DNA of 64,000 nt from positions 372,001 through 436,000 of the forward strand of contig JAQOWU010000008.1 in NCBI GenBank assembly GCA_030867685.1. The letters run 5' to 3'. The translations under genes were made by a program, and so were the position numbers. Below are positions 22,227 to 32,438 of the stretch, in pieces. The stretch is from Wickerhamiella versatilis. Lineage: Eukaryota. The notes under the pieces are model-generated. The model saw only the letters and a program-made list of their open reading frames with translations. It had not been told where the DNA came from and searched no databases. How positions within the stretch are numbered: the first letter of the stretch is position 1; each line of letters opens with the position of its first letter.

Positions 22227-22706
22227 AGAAAAATATTATATAATACGGTAGGCTCCCTTTTTTAGCAGTGTGATTCAAAATAATAATGAAGAAAACCATG
22301 GAGTATTTTTAAATTCCACATTTGTCTAAGGGTATATAAAAATGTTTGATGTAGCAATAATCGTATTCCTTATTTACAGAGTTAGGCCGTGACTGACGAC
22401 TATGCAGGACAGCCATTCCCTCCTCCCATATATTTTCTTATTATTTTTTGAGGCAAGAGAGTTAGTGTCTAGGAGTACAAGTAACTGCTGAGCGCAAGAA
22501 TGCTTTAACCACGTGCACTACTCTAAGAAAAAATTACTCAGGTATCTATATATCTAATAGAACGGATAAGAGACTGAAAGATACATCTATTCTACATACA
22601 AAGTATTTGAAAATATCTTCTCGCAGAGCGGATCACTGGGTATATTGGCTTCTGCGTCTCTTTAACGCTGCTAATCACTTGCTGACCTAATAGCCACTGG
22701 TCAACA

Positions 22707-25457
22707 ATGACAGCAGAGAGAACTGTCGAGCCGAAGGTTGGAAGAATTGGTGTTTGTGCCATGGAGCACAAGGCACGCTCTAAGCCTTGCCGGGCTATTT
22801 TGAATAACCTCCAGCAGACCGGGGACTTTGAGATTGTCATGTTTAATGATAAGGCCATTCTGGATGAACCTATTGAGTCTTGGCCCACCTGTGATTTTCT
22901 TATTAGTTTTTTCAGCACTGGTTTTCCTTTGCAGAAGGCAATTGACTATGTCAATCTACGTAGGCCTTTTCTTCTGAATGATCTTGAGCTTCAAAAGGTA
23001 CTATGGGATCGACGGTTAGTCCTGCGTCTTCTCGAGGCTGCTCATGTACCAACACCAGAGCGGCTAACCATATCAAGGGACGGTGGTCCGAAGACAGATC
23101 CAGTAGTACGCCAAAAGCTCCTAGAACATGGTGTAGAACTCCATTACCCTGAGCGGGAAATGAAATTCCGCATGGTTGATTATGATACTTTGGAGCTAGA
23201 AGACGGTAGACGGCTCACAAAACCATTTGTGGAGAAGCCAGTTGATGGAGAGAATCACAATGTATTTGTTTATTACAATGAAAAAAGCGGCGGAGGCGGT
23301 CGACGTCTTTTCCGGAAAGTTGGTAACAAGAGTAGTGAGTTTGATCCAAATTTAGTATCCCCAAGAACTGAAGGCTCATATATATATGAAAAGTTCATGG
23401 ATACAGATAACTTTGAGGATGTCAAAGCTTATAGTGTGGGTAGTAATTACTGTCACGCCGAAACACGCAAGTCTCCCGTGGTTGATGGTATCGTTCGCCG
23501 TAACACACATGGAAAAGAGTTGCGCTTTGTGACGAAATTAAGTGCAGAAGAAGTAAGAATGGCAACTGCAATTAGTCGAGCGTTCGAGCAAAATGTATGT
23601 GGTTTTGACCTTCTGAGAGTGCGCGATAAGAGCTTCGTGATTGATGTCAATGGATTTTCTTTTGTGAAAGATAATCAGAAATATTATGATGATTGTTCAC
23701 GAATTCTCCGAGATATATTTGTTCAAGCGAAGGCTCAGCGGACTCTTACTGCACCTTCATCAACATCTTTTGTGACGTCGCAGGCAGCCTCTAACACTAG
23801 CTCCGGTAGTGGATCAGAGCAAAAGTGGATTCTTAAGGACGAAGTCTGTGTTGTCAGGCATGCAGACCGGACTCCTAAGCAGAAGTTCAAGTTCAGCTTC
23901 AAGAGCAATTTGTTCCTGGATTTACTCCAAGGTCATAGAACGGAGGTAATAATTCGTGATAAAGCGCATCTCTGCTGGGTTTTAGAAGTTACAAATGAAG
24001 CAATTGCTGCCAAGGCTGAGGATATGAAAAAGTTGGAACAATTGAAACGCGCTTTGGAGAAAAAACTGCATTTGCCAGGTACCAAAGTTCAAATAAAGCC
24101 GGGATTTCGTGATAAGGTAGCTGGAACTGGACTGGAAAAGGTTCAACTAATCATCAAGTGGGGTGGAGAGCCAACCCATTCTTCACGCTACCAAAGTTGT
24201 GATCTTGGCGAACAGGTTCGTAAAGATATGTTGCTGCTAAATCCAAAGACTCTTGACCATGTCCAGATTTTCACTAGTAGTGAACGACGTGTTGTTGCAA
24301 CGGCTGAAATGTTCGCCTTAACAATGCTGCAGACAGATAAGGTGGGACAGTCTCAGCTGCATGTTGTTGAAAGTCTTTTAGATGATTCCAATGCTGCAAA
24401 AGTTCTCATGGACCAAGTCAAAAAGCGCTTGAAACTGATGCTGAGGAAGGGTCTAAGCCCTCCGTCACAGTTTACATGGCCCGAGCGCGTTCCCCAACCA
24501 TTCGTTGTTCTTAGTCGCGTGGTCGATCTAATGCAGTACCATCGCAAAATTATGCAGTGGCATTTCGAAAATGAGGATGTAAATACCTTCCAATCTCGCT
24601 GGTGTTGTTCAGAAGATCCTTCCCTTTTCAAAGAAAGATGGGAGAAACTATACAACGAGTTTGTGAGTGTTGAAAAGGTAGACCCTTCGAAGATCAGTGA
24701 GCTTTACGACACAATAAAGTATGATGCCCTTCATAATAGGTCTTTCTTAGAGCGAGTTTTTGAGCCCCCTGAATCCATTGAACCTCTTCCAGAAGAGGAG
24801 GGGATGCCTAAAGTGATGCCCGATGAGAAGGAGTACAGCGGTAAGTTCAAGTTTGCCAAGGCACCAATGACACTATTCGACAGACCTGAATATGCGCGCC
24901 TTCGCGAATTATACTTGCTGGCCAAAATCCTCTTTGATTATATATGTCCTCAGGAGTATGGAATAACCAATGACGAAAAATTGGACATTGGACTTTTAAC
25001 TTCCATGCCTCTTCTACGGCAAATATGCAACGATTTGCGGGAAAACATCTCGTCGCCGGAGGGACGATCGCGTTTCTATTTCACGAAGGAATCGCACATG
25101 TATACACTACTTAACATCTTGTTTGGAAGCGACTTGCCTACTAAACTACGACGCAACTCTCTCCCAGAGCTCGACTACCTTGCTCAAATCTGTTTTGAAC
25201 ATTATGAATGCGTTACTCCATCTGAGACCAAACATCAAGTTCGTATAACCATATCACCAGGCTGCAATTCTCTTTCTCCACTTGACGTTCAGCTTGACTC
25301 AAAGCACTGTATATCTTGTGTTCCACGAAGGTCTCTTACCCAATACATGGAAATAGAAGATATGCTTGGACGCTTAACCTCTAAATTTTCCCGCGTCAAC
25401 ATGCCTAACAAGTTTTTGCCAGTGAACTTCAAAGCAGAGGAAGAACTTCTCAGTTGA
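22707..25457 (+). CDS. VIP1: Inositol hexakisphosphate/PP-IP5 kinase with histidine-phosphatase domain
   Basis: IGVCAM..K..SKP, ATP-grasp kinase domain (EKPVDGE, RKSPVVDG, VIDVNGFSFVK), RHADRTPKQK phosphatase motif, FTKESH. Confidence 0.95.
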   Translation: MTAERTVEPKVGRIGVCAMEHKARSKPCRAILNNLQQTGDFEIVMFNDKAILDEPIESWPTCDFLISFFSTGFPLQKAIDYVNLRRPFLLNDLELQKVLWDRRLVLRLLEAAHVPTPERLTISRDGGPKTDPVVRQKLLEHGVELHYPEREMKFRMVDYDTLELEDGRRLTKPFVEKPVDGENHNVFVYYNEKSGGGGRRLFRKVGNKSSEFDPNLVSPRTEGSYIYEKFMDTDNFEDVKAYSVGSNYCHAETRKSPVVDGIVRRNTHGKELRFVTKLSAEEVRMATAISRAFEQNVCGFDLLRVRDKSFVIDVNGFSFVKDNQKYYDDCSRILRDIFVQAKAQRTLTAPSSTSFVTSQAASNTSSGSGSEQKWILKDEVCVVRHADRTPKQKFKFSFKSNLFLDLLQGHRTEVIIRDKAHLCWVLEVTNEAIAAKAEDMKKLEQLKRALEKKLHLPGTKVQIKPGFRDKVAGTGLEKVQLIIKWGGEPTHSSRYQSCDLGEQVRKDMLLLNPKTLDHVQIFTSSERRVVATAEMFALTMLQTDKVGQSQLHVVESLLDDSNAAKVLMDQVKKRLKLMLRKGLSPPSQFTWPERVPQPFVVLSRVVDLMQYHRKIMQWHFENEDVNTFQSRWCCSEDPSLFKERWEKLYNEFVSVEKVDPSKISELYDTIKYDALHNRSFLERVFEPPESIEPLPEEEGMPKVMPDEKEYSGKFKFAKAPMTLFDRPEYARLRELYLLAKILFDYICPQEYGITNDEKLDIGLLTSMPLLRQICNDLRENISSPEGRSRFYFTKESHMYTLLNILFGSDLPTKLRRNSLPELDYLAQICFEHYECVTPSETKHQVRITISPGCNSLSPLDVQLDSKHCISCVPRRSLTQYMEIEDMLGRLTSKFSRVNMPNKFLPVNFKAEEELLS

Positions 25458-25630
25458 ACGAAGTTAATCTCCTAATACTAGCCCAGATTTATAATTAAAA
25501 AAAATGTACATTCTGTTCTATATACCAATTTACTTTGAGGGGAATAAGCAAGTCAATGACTATAAAGAGGCTTTTCCCAAGTCTAACTACAGAATGCATA
25601 AAATATCTCTGAATCTACTAGCTTTTCCAC

Positions 25631-26923
25631 TTATATGATAGCTAGTTGTTCGAATAAGTTGGAGATAGACTCACCGTTGTGGTTGCGCCTAATACACTCA
25701 GCTAAAATAGCTGAAATATCTATGACCCTGAGCTTCGGAACATTCTTATAGATAGGGTAGGTGTTAGTGACGACAATACGGTGAATAAAAGGAGAAGCTT
25801 CTAGAATGTCCAAGGAGTCTGCACCGAAAACACCATGAGTTGCGATCACATATACCGTTTTTGCACCACAGTTGAGTACGCAATGCTCTGCAGCAGCGAT
25901 ATACGAGTCAGGACGATCAATCATATCGTCTAGAATAATGGCAGGTCTTCCATATACATCACCAGCCAGCGCGATAACTTGTTCCTTAGAATAATCGATC
26001 TCTTCGTCGTCACTTCCATCTGCTTCTTGGGTTCCTCCGAGAAGGATTCTCTGTGCATTATCAGTCGCAGGCTCGGTGCTTACAGATTCTTCTACACCTG
26101 TCTCCTCAAGTTCCTCTGGCACAACTTGCGACGAGTCTTGTTCTTCCTGGTGAACAACGTGACCCTTAAGAACTCTCGCAATATGAACCTTCGTGCGCTC
26201 ATCGCCATAGCCCGCATTCGCATCCCCAAATGAGGATACGGACGAGGTCGCCGAAAATTGATCTTCCCTGCTTTGATCGTCGCGTGGTGAAGGCTCTGTA
26301 GGAAAATTCTTTCTAAGTCCTCCTTTCTGACGTCGGCGATCTGTATGTATCATTGCGAAGTTCACCTTGAGAGCATCTGCTAAGGCGGTAACTCGCTTGG
26401 TTCCTCCAGGATTCTTGGATACTATGACAGAAGAGCGATAATCCGGCACATTGTCTCGAATCCAGCGTGCCAGCGTTGGTCCCGCACTTAAGTTATCCAC
26501 TGGCCTTTTGAAGAAGCCCTGCATTTGGCTGGCATGTAGATCCATAGTAATAACATGGTCCGCACCCGCCTTCGTGACAAGATTTGCAAGCATTCTTGCT
26601 GTAATAGAGCCACGATGTTTCTTCATCTTACTCTGTTTAGAATACGGGAACATCGGGATAACGCAAGTAATCTTGGACGCAGAGCCCCCACGGCAGCCAC
26701 TAACTAGTACAAGAAGTTCCATAATACGGTCATTGATAAGATCTGCTGAGCCTATTATGATGATTGCATGTGTATCTCGTACGGACACGCCTATGTCGCA
26801 TGCTGTCTCACCGTTGCTGAACTTGCTCACACGACAAGGAGCTGGTGCAAGTCCAAGCTTCTCGCAGATCAACTGTCCAAGCTCTGGATGACTTGAACCA
26901 ACGAAGATCTGGCACTTGCGCAT
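25631..26923 (-). CDS. PRS1: Ribose-phosphate pyrophosphokinase subunit 1, with non-homologous insertion
   Basis: MRKC.IFVG.SHPELG, MDLHASQMQGFF, SKNPGGTKRVTALAD, FAMIHTDRRR, an acidic insertion, then LDDMIDRP. This matches Prs1 architecture. Confidence 0.92.
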   Translation of the reverse strand: MRKCQIFVGSSHPELGQLICEKLGLAPAPCRVSKFSNGETACDIGVSVRDTHAIIIIGSADLINDRIMELLVLVSGCRGGSASKITCVIPMFPYSKQSKMKKHRGSITARMLANLVTKAGADHVITMDLHASQMQGFFKRPVDNLSAGPTLARWIRDNVPDYRSSVIVSKNPGGTKRVTALADALKVNFAMIHTDRRRQKGGLRKNFPTEPSPRDDQSREDQFSATSSVSSFGDANAGYGDERTKVHIARVLKGHVVHQEEQDSSQVVPEELEETGVEESVSTEPATDNAQRILLGGTQEADGSDDEEIDYSKEQVIALAGDVYGRPAIILDDMIDRPDSYIAAAEHCVLNCGAKTVYVIATHGVFGADSLDILEASPFIHRIVVTNTYPIYKNVPKLRVIDISAILAECIRRNHNGESISNLFEQLAII

Positions 26924-26959
26924 TGTCTTTCCCGGGGGATTATGAAAAGTAATCTGCTC

Positions 26960-26966
26960 TGACTAA
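26960..26966 (+). promoter_or_regulatory. TGACTAA element in the 64-bp PRS1/deaminase divergent spacer (one example of a recurrent start-proximal motif)
   Basis: Exact AP-1/Yap-type heptamer 21 nt before the deaminase ATG. The same motif recurs near many starts (see findings). Confidence 0.45.
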
Positions 26967-26987
26967 TACCGATAGCTTGATTAACTC

Positions 26988-27464
26988 ATGTCGGTCGGAG
27001 CGAGAGAGAATGACATACGTCACTTAAAAGAAGCCCAATTAGTTGCCCAAAAGGCTTTGGAGGCAGGTAAGCACCCTTTTGGAGCAATACTTGTAAATCC
27101 GGATGGGAGCATAATATTAGATTCCCAGGGTAATATCGATACGGTCAATCATGCAGAATCGACACTGGCTCGTCGAGCCGCTGCCAATTATGATCCGACA
27201 TATTTATGGAATTGTACCATATACACTACAGTTGAGCCCTGTTGTATGTGTTCTGGAACTATATATTGGGCAAACATTGGAAGAGTTGTGTACGGATTAA
27301 CCGAAGACGCACTGCTGGGTATAACGGGAAATCATGAAGAAAATCCCACAATGTCCCTTTCATGTGAGGAAGTTTTTTCACATGGTCAAAAGCCTATCGA
27401 AGTTGTATACATTTCTAGTATGGCTTCAACGATAGCTGATGCGCACCTAGACTTCTGGTCCTAA
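26988..27464 (+). CDS. Zn-dependent nucleoside/cytidine deaminase-like protein (CDA superfamily), bacterial-like
   Basis: HPFGA, NHAE and EPCCMC Zn motifs, IYWANIGRVVYG, GNHEENPT. Confidence 0.9.
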   Translation: MSVGARENDIRHLKEAQLVAQKALEAGKHPFGAILVNPDGSIILDSQGNIDTVNHAESTLARRAAANYDPTYLWNCTIYTTVEPCCMCSGTIYWANIGRVVYGLTEDALLGITGNHEENPTMSLSCEEVFSHGQKPIEVVYISSMASTIADAHLDFWS

Positions 27465-27539
27465 CTATAAAATCAATTATTACTCAGCGTAGTTCTGGGC
27501 TTCATCCAGAATTATATACCGTTGAACAGTGCGGAAGGG

Positions 27540-27549
27540 AATTTTTTCA
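27540..27549. promoter_or_regulatory. RRPE-like element upstream of RIB2
   Basis: AATTTTTTCA (reverse complement TGAAAAAATT) lies 9 bp before the ATG of an RNA-modification gene. Confidence 0.3.
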
Positions 27550-27558
27550 CTGCGGGCA

Positions 27559-29184
27559 ATGAGTGGCTTCCGACCAAAGAAGAATACTATGTTGCGTAAG
27601 GTTCTCGGTGACCCAAATAGGGAAGCAGCGATCAAAGACGAAATCGAAGAGGGTGCAAAATATGTTATCGATGGTGGGATCCGTCGTGTTCCTCCATATT
27701 ACTTCACGTATTTAACTTTTTGCAAGCAAAGGTGGATTGGTCGTCAAATCTATGACGTATTTTGCTCTGAATTTCGGGACAGGGAACCAGAATATTACAA
27801 AAGAGCGATAGAAAGTGGGAGTGTCCTCGTCAATGATAAGCCTGCGTCGCTTAATACCGAACTGCAAAATGGCAACCTTATAAGCCACCGTACACATAAG
27901 CATGAGCAGCCCGTTTCCTCTGAACCGATCCGGGTAGTCCACGAAGATGACAATTTACTTGTAATTAACAAACCTAGTGGAGTACCTGCCCACCCAACCG
28001 GAAGATTCAAATTTAATACTGTGGTGAGCATACTTAAATATGAGCAAAATATTCCAGAAGCACACCCCTGTAATCGGCTAGATCGACTCACAAGTGGCCT
28101 GATGTTTCTGGCAAAGACCCCGGCTGGTGCAGAAATTGTTGGAAAACAAATTCGGCAACGTGAAGTTCGAAAAGAATATTTAGCTATGGTTAAAGGGAAA
28201 TTCCCACTGGGTATTCATGTTTGTGATGTGCCACTTGGTACGGTAAATCCGAAGGTGGCCCTGAATATGGTTGATTGGGAGGGAGGCAAAGAAAGCCGGA
28301 CCAGCTTTCAGCGGATATCCTGGCACCCTCATGAAAATCTGAGCATAGTCAAATGTAGACCATTGACAGGACGTACACATCAGATTCGAGTGCACTTACA
28401 ATATTTGGGATATCCTATCGCAAATGATCCTATCTACTCCAATCCCGAAGTTTGGGGTCCAAAACTAGGAGAAGGTGCTTCAGTACAAACTGTCGATGTT
28501 AACGCTATCGTGGAAAAACTGGATAATATCGGGAAAGGAACAATAGCAAAGAGTTGGGCAACTCCAGAACCGAAATCCGGAGAGCGTCTAAAGGGGGATA
28601 ATTGCAAGATATGTGACACACCACTATACACTGATCCGGGGGTATGTGACTTGAACTTATGGTTACATTCCATCCGCTACGCTGCCGCAGATAATAGCTG
28701 GCAATATGAAACGGGTACCCCTTCGTGGGCTGTTGAACGCGAAATGCCTTACATGCACTTAGCACTCGAAGAGGCAAGGAAATGCCCCCCCTTAGAAGCG
28801 GCCTTTTGTGTAGGTGCCGTATTGGTAAAAGATGAAGAAATCTTGGAGACAGGGTATACACGCGAGCTGGAGGGAAACACCCATGCGGAACAATGCGCAC
28901 TGGAAAAGTACCGGCAAAAAACAGGAGAAGATGTTCCTGAGGGTACTGTTCTATATACTACTATGGAACCTTGCTCCTATCGCCTGAGCGGTAATACTCC
29001 CTGCGCAGATCGTATCTTGTCATCAAATATAAAAACTGTTTTTGTCGGCGTTCTAGAACCTACAACATTTGTTTCTGAAAATCTAGGGCGCACAAAATTA
29101 GAAGCCAAAAATGTATCATACGTCCATTTGCCAGGAATTGAGGAAGAAGCGTTGGCCGTTGCTAAAAAAGGCCACTCTGACTAA
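27559..29184 (+). CDS. RIB2: Bifunctional tRNA pseudouridine-32 synthase / DRAP deaminase
   Basis: S4-like domain, NKPSG.P.HP, RLDRLTSG, GRTHQIRVHL, C-terminal HAEQC...MEPCS.RLSG..PC deaminase. First ATG is 27559. Confidence 0.92.
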   Translation: MSGFRPKKNTMLRKVLGDPNREAAIKDEIEEGAKYVIDGGIRRVPPYYFTYLTFCKQRWIGRQIYDVFCSEFRDREPEYYKRAIESGSVLVNDKPASLNTELQNGNLISHRTHKHEQPVSSEPIRVVHEDDNLLVINKPSGVPAHPTGRFKFNTVVSILKYEQNIPEAHPCNRLDRLTSGLMFLAKTPAGAEIVGKQIRQREVRKEYLAMVKGKFPLGIHVCDVPLGTVNPKVALNMVDWEGGKESRTSFQRISWHPHENLSIVKCRPLTGRTHQIRVHLQYLGYPIANDPIYSNPEVWGPKLGEGASVQTVDVNAIVEKLDNIGKGTIAKSWATPEPKSGERLKGDNCKICDTPLYTDPGVCDLNLWLHSIRYAAADNSWQYETGTPSWAVEREMPYMHLALEEARKCPPLEAAFCVGAVLVKDEEILETGYTRELEGNTHAEQCALEKYRQKTGEDVPEGTVLYTTMEPCSYRLSGNTPCADRILSSNIKTVFVGVLEPTTFVSENLGRTKLEAKNVSYVHLPGIEEEALAVAKKGHSD

Positions 29185-29400
29185 TTAATAGTACAGGACA
29201 AACTGTCTAAAATCTACTATACTCTATATGTAGATAAGAATGCATTTTTTTTCCTTACAACTGCTCAAAAAGAGCCCTATTATTCTTCCAAATATCATAA
29301 ATTAAAACCAGCAAAAGCTAGTTTAAACGAGATATAACGAGTAGGTCCATGTCGGGACCTGTAGTGAAATTTGTCAGTCAGGTGGAAAAGCGGGTGTAAG

Positions 29401-31749
29401 ATGAGACTGCCTGCGTTCAGTAAAAGAGACATCGACACATTTCAAACAGCTCTTCAGCTCTATGAGAAAAAGGACTATAAAGGTTCTCTCAAGCACACCG
29501 AACAGCTGCTGAAAAAGTCTAAGAATCACGGCGAAGCTCTATGTCTTAAGGGCTTGCTCCTGTATCATTTGAAGCACCCTGAAGACGAGGTAGCTGCATG
29601 CTTTAAGGAAGGACTTGAAATTGTTCCACAAAGCCCTATCTCGTGGCATATGGCAGGAATATGGCACAAGCTAAGCACAGATTACGCTGAGTCGTATGAT
29701 GCGTATTTGCATAGCTTCCGTCTAAATCAAGATAATCCTAGCGTTCAGCAAGATCTCAGCATGCTTGCTGCTCATCAGCGAGAATTTGGTGTACTTGTCG
29801 AGGTCCGAAAAGCTATGTTAGCTAGCCGTCCATCTGTCCGTATGGTTTGGGTTGGTCTAGCCATAGCACAGTACTTATTAGGCAACTACGGTGATGCCGA
29901 GCGGACAATCGAATTGTGGAATAACTTCCATAAGAGCATCCCGCTCGGGAATCAATCCAAACAGACCCCACAACAGATCGTGGCTGACAAGATTGACGCA
30001 TCTGAGCTTCTTCTGCTAAAGAATAAAGCGATTGCAGCTTCTGGAAATCTAAATCGAGCTATTGAAGAACTTAAGGCTGACGAGCCCCAAATTCTCGATA
30101 AGCTCACGGTGTCAGAGCGTCTTGCTTCGTACTACTCAGCTACGGATAAAATGCAGGCTATTTCAGCTTGGCAGAAACTCATAGAACGTAATCCAGACTG
30201 TCAGAGGTATTATGAGGAGTTTGAAAAGGTTTTACCAGAAACTGTGCAGCTCAAAAAGGCGTACAAGCTCTTGGAAGCTAAATACCCTCGGGCTGAGCCC
30301 CCCAAACTTCGCCCAATGCAGTGGTTGGAGGGAGATGAACTTTCATCCCACATATCATCATTCATTGATGAAAAATTGGCGCGCGATGTGCCCTCCACTT
30401 TTATGTTTGTGAAATTTCTCTACAAGACAAACCCCGAAGTAATGGATACTGTGGTTTCACAACGAAATTGGAATATTGGGGCTTTGAGCGACCGCCTGTT
30501 TCTTGCGAAGCACTGGTCTTATCGAGATAATCATTCGAAAGCTCTTGAGCTTGTGAACGAAATTCCTGATGCCGAAAGTAATCCTGATATAGCTTTGGTA
30601 AAGGCCAAGGTATACAGCCGCGCCGGCGATTATGTTGGGGCATTTAAAATACTCTCTGAAGCATCTAAAGCTGATATTGGTGATCGTTCAGTAAACACTA
30701 AAGCAGCAAAATATGCCCTCCGAGCTGGGAAAATTGAAGAGGGCATCGAGCTGGCTTGTTTCTTCCCTAAGTCGGGTGGTCACCTCAAGGATAAAGATGG
30801 TATCTCTCATCTTATTGAAATGGAATCAGTGGATATGCTCACTTATTTGGCAACAGCGTATGCTAGAGCCCGTGATCATGGAATGGCCTTGAAGAGAGCA
30901 ATGGATGTAGTTAATATTTTTGCATCATACACTCGTGATCAATATGACTTCCATTATTACGGGCCGAGGAGAGGTACTGCACTTGCGTATCTAGAGCTCC
31001 TGAGCTGGGAGGACCGCATATATGGTCACCCGCGTTACTTCGAAGTGGCAAAAATAGCTATCAATGAATACTTGGCCGCTGCCCTAGAGCTAGACGACGG
31101 GCTGAGTGATTCTGAGCGTAAACAAGCGAAAAAGCAGAGGTACAAGCGAGCACAGGCAATGGCTACTAACCCAACCGCAGGCGAGGGTACGGAACCAGAC
31201 AACGACCCGTTTGGGTTAGAGCTTTTGGCCACAAAGACCCCCTTAGATGAGGCATTCAAGCTATGGAAGCCGCTGGAAAAGTCAAGAGCCAATGACCCTG
31301 CAACCTGGAAGCTGGGTTTTGATATTTATCTTGCACAGCACAAGTATGTCGTAGCTCTTCAGACACTCAAGCGAGCAAGAGAACATGGCGCATCGGAGGA
31401 CTGGATCGCTGGTGCCGGCATTCGGCTCCTGAAAACCGTCAATGAAGACACTAAAACCCCGGAAGTAATAAGATCGCTTCAGTTGAAAGTACTACCGACA
31501 ATTGTTCCGAATGTCTCTACTGACTCGATGTTTGTGGACTCACAAATCACTGACTTAGTAGAATGGGTCCGTATCAGGAGCACACTTGGTATTCTTGACG
31601 ACAATGCTGAAAAGCGTCTTGTCCATGACATCGATACAATGAATGTCAAGCAATGTGAGGAAATTGTGCATCTACTTCATAGAGCGCGTCGAGGTAGCAT
31701 ATTCGCGTCTGCCGTTAAGAGTAAATGGCCACAATCGACCTTTGTCTAA
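29401..31749 (+). CDS. NAT1: NatA N-acetyltransferase auxiliary subunit (NAA15)
   Basis: TPR protein: F..ALQLYE.K.YK..LK, HGE.L..KGL, DR.VNTKAAKY.LR, DQYDFH.Y..R.GT...Y, D.DP.G..L. ATG at 29401. Confidence 0.9.
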   Translation: MRLPAFSKRDIDTFQTALQLYEKKDYKGSLKHTEQLLKKSKNHGEALCLKGLLLYHLKHPEDEVAACFKEGLEIVPQSPISWHMAGIWHKLSTDYAESYDAYLHSFRLNQDNPSVQQDLSMLAAHQREFGVLVEVRKAMLASRPSVRMVWVGLAIAQYLLGNYGDAERTIELWNNFHKSIPLGNQSKQTPQQIVADKIDASELLLLKNKAIAASGNLNRAIEELKADEPQILDKLTVSERLASYYSATDKMQAISAWQKLIERNPDCQRYYEEFEKVLPETVQLKKAYKLLEAKYPRAEPPKLRPMQWLEGDELSSHISSFIDEKLARDVPSTFMFVKFLYKTNPEVMDTVVSQRNWNIGALSDRLFLAKHWSYRDNHSKALELVNEIPDAESNPDIALVKAKVYSRAGDYVGAFKILSEASKADIGDRSVNTKAAKYALRAGKIEEGIELACFFPKSGGHLKDKDGISHLIEMESVDMLTYLATAYARARDHGMALKRAMDVVNIFASYTRDQYDFHYYGPRRGTALAYLELLSWEDRIYGHPRYFEVAKIAINEYLAAALELDDGLSDSERKQAKKQRYKRAQAMATNPTAGEGTEPDNDPFGLELLATKTPLDEAFKLWKPLEKSRANDPATWKLGFDIYLAQHKYVVALQTLKRAREHGASEDWIAGAGIRLLKTVNEDTKTPEVIRSLQLKVLPTIVPNVSTDSMFVDSQITDLVEWVRIRSTLGILDDNAEKRLVHDIDTMNVKQCEEIVHLLHRARRGSIFASAVKSKWPQSTFV

Positions 31750-31840
31750 ATAAGCTGCCAGCAGTAGCCACATATGACGCTTTAGAGGCTCCTATCAATA
31801 TAGTTTTTCTTTTGCTAAACTAAGTAATGTAAGAAGACGC

Positions 31841-32290
31841 TTAAAGTCTAGAGAGTTTCTCAGTTATTTCCTTGTGAACCTCAGCAAGACTTTCTTTGTC
31901 CGCTGCATCAGCTGATTGTGGCCAGCCAACCACTAGACCGGTGTTCTCATCCCGTTTGGGAATCATGTGAACATGAACGTGTGATACGACTTGGTGTGCT
32001 ATACGGCCATTGTTTTGCAGGATGTTATATCCAGCACCATCTAATCCATGTTGGTCAAGCCCACTTGCAATAGCGATTTTTTTGGCAAGCGGAAGTAATT
32101 CCACCAAATAATCATCAGGAATGTCATGAAGTTTCTCACCGCAATATTTGGGGACAACTAGAGCATGACCACGAGCTGTGGGGCCAATATCAAGAAACGC
32201 ATAAGCTTTACTAGTTTCTGCAAGCTTAAACGATGGAATTTCGCCGCGGATAATCTTGCAGAAAATGCAGTTAGGACTGAGTTTGGACAT
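31841..32290 (-). CDS. HNT1: HIT-family adenosine monophosphoramidase
   Basis: CIFCKII.GEIPS, AFLDI.P, NNGRIAHQVV.HVHVHMIPK histidine triad. Confidence 0.95.
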   Translation of the reverse strand: MSKLSPNCIFCKIIRGEIPSFKLAETSKAYAFLDIGPTARGHALVVPKYCGEKLHDIPDDYLVELLPLAKKIAIASGLDQHGLDGAGYNILQNNGRIAHQVVSHVHVHMIPKRDENTGLVVGWPQSADAADKESLAEVHKEITEKLSRL

Positions 32291-32438
32291 GATTGATTGG
32301 TCGTGTGATGTTAGGGTTTTTTGTTGCTTCCATGGTATTGGAGTGTATATTGACAGGATACAGCTGATGGGACTTAATTTATTCTAGCCATAAATAAAGC
32401 CCTGATCTAATGATACAGGAATATAAAAGGTTGCGAAA

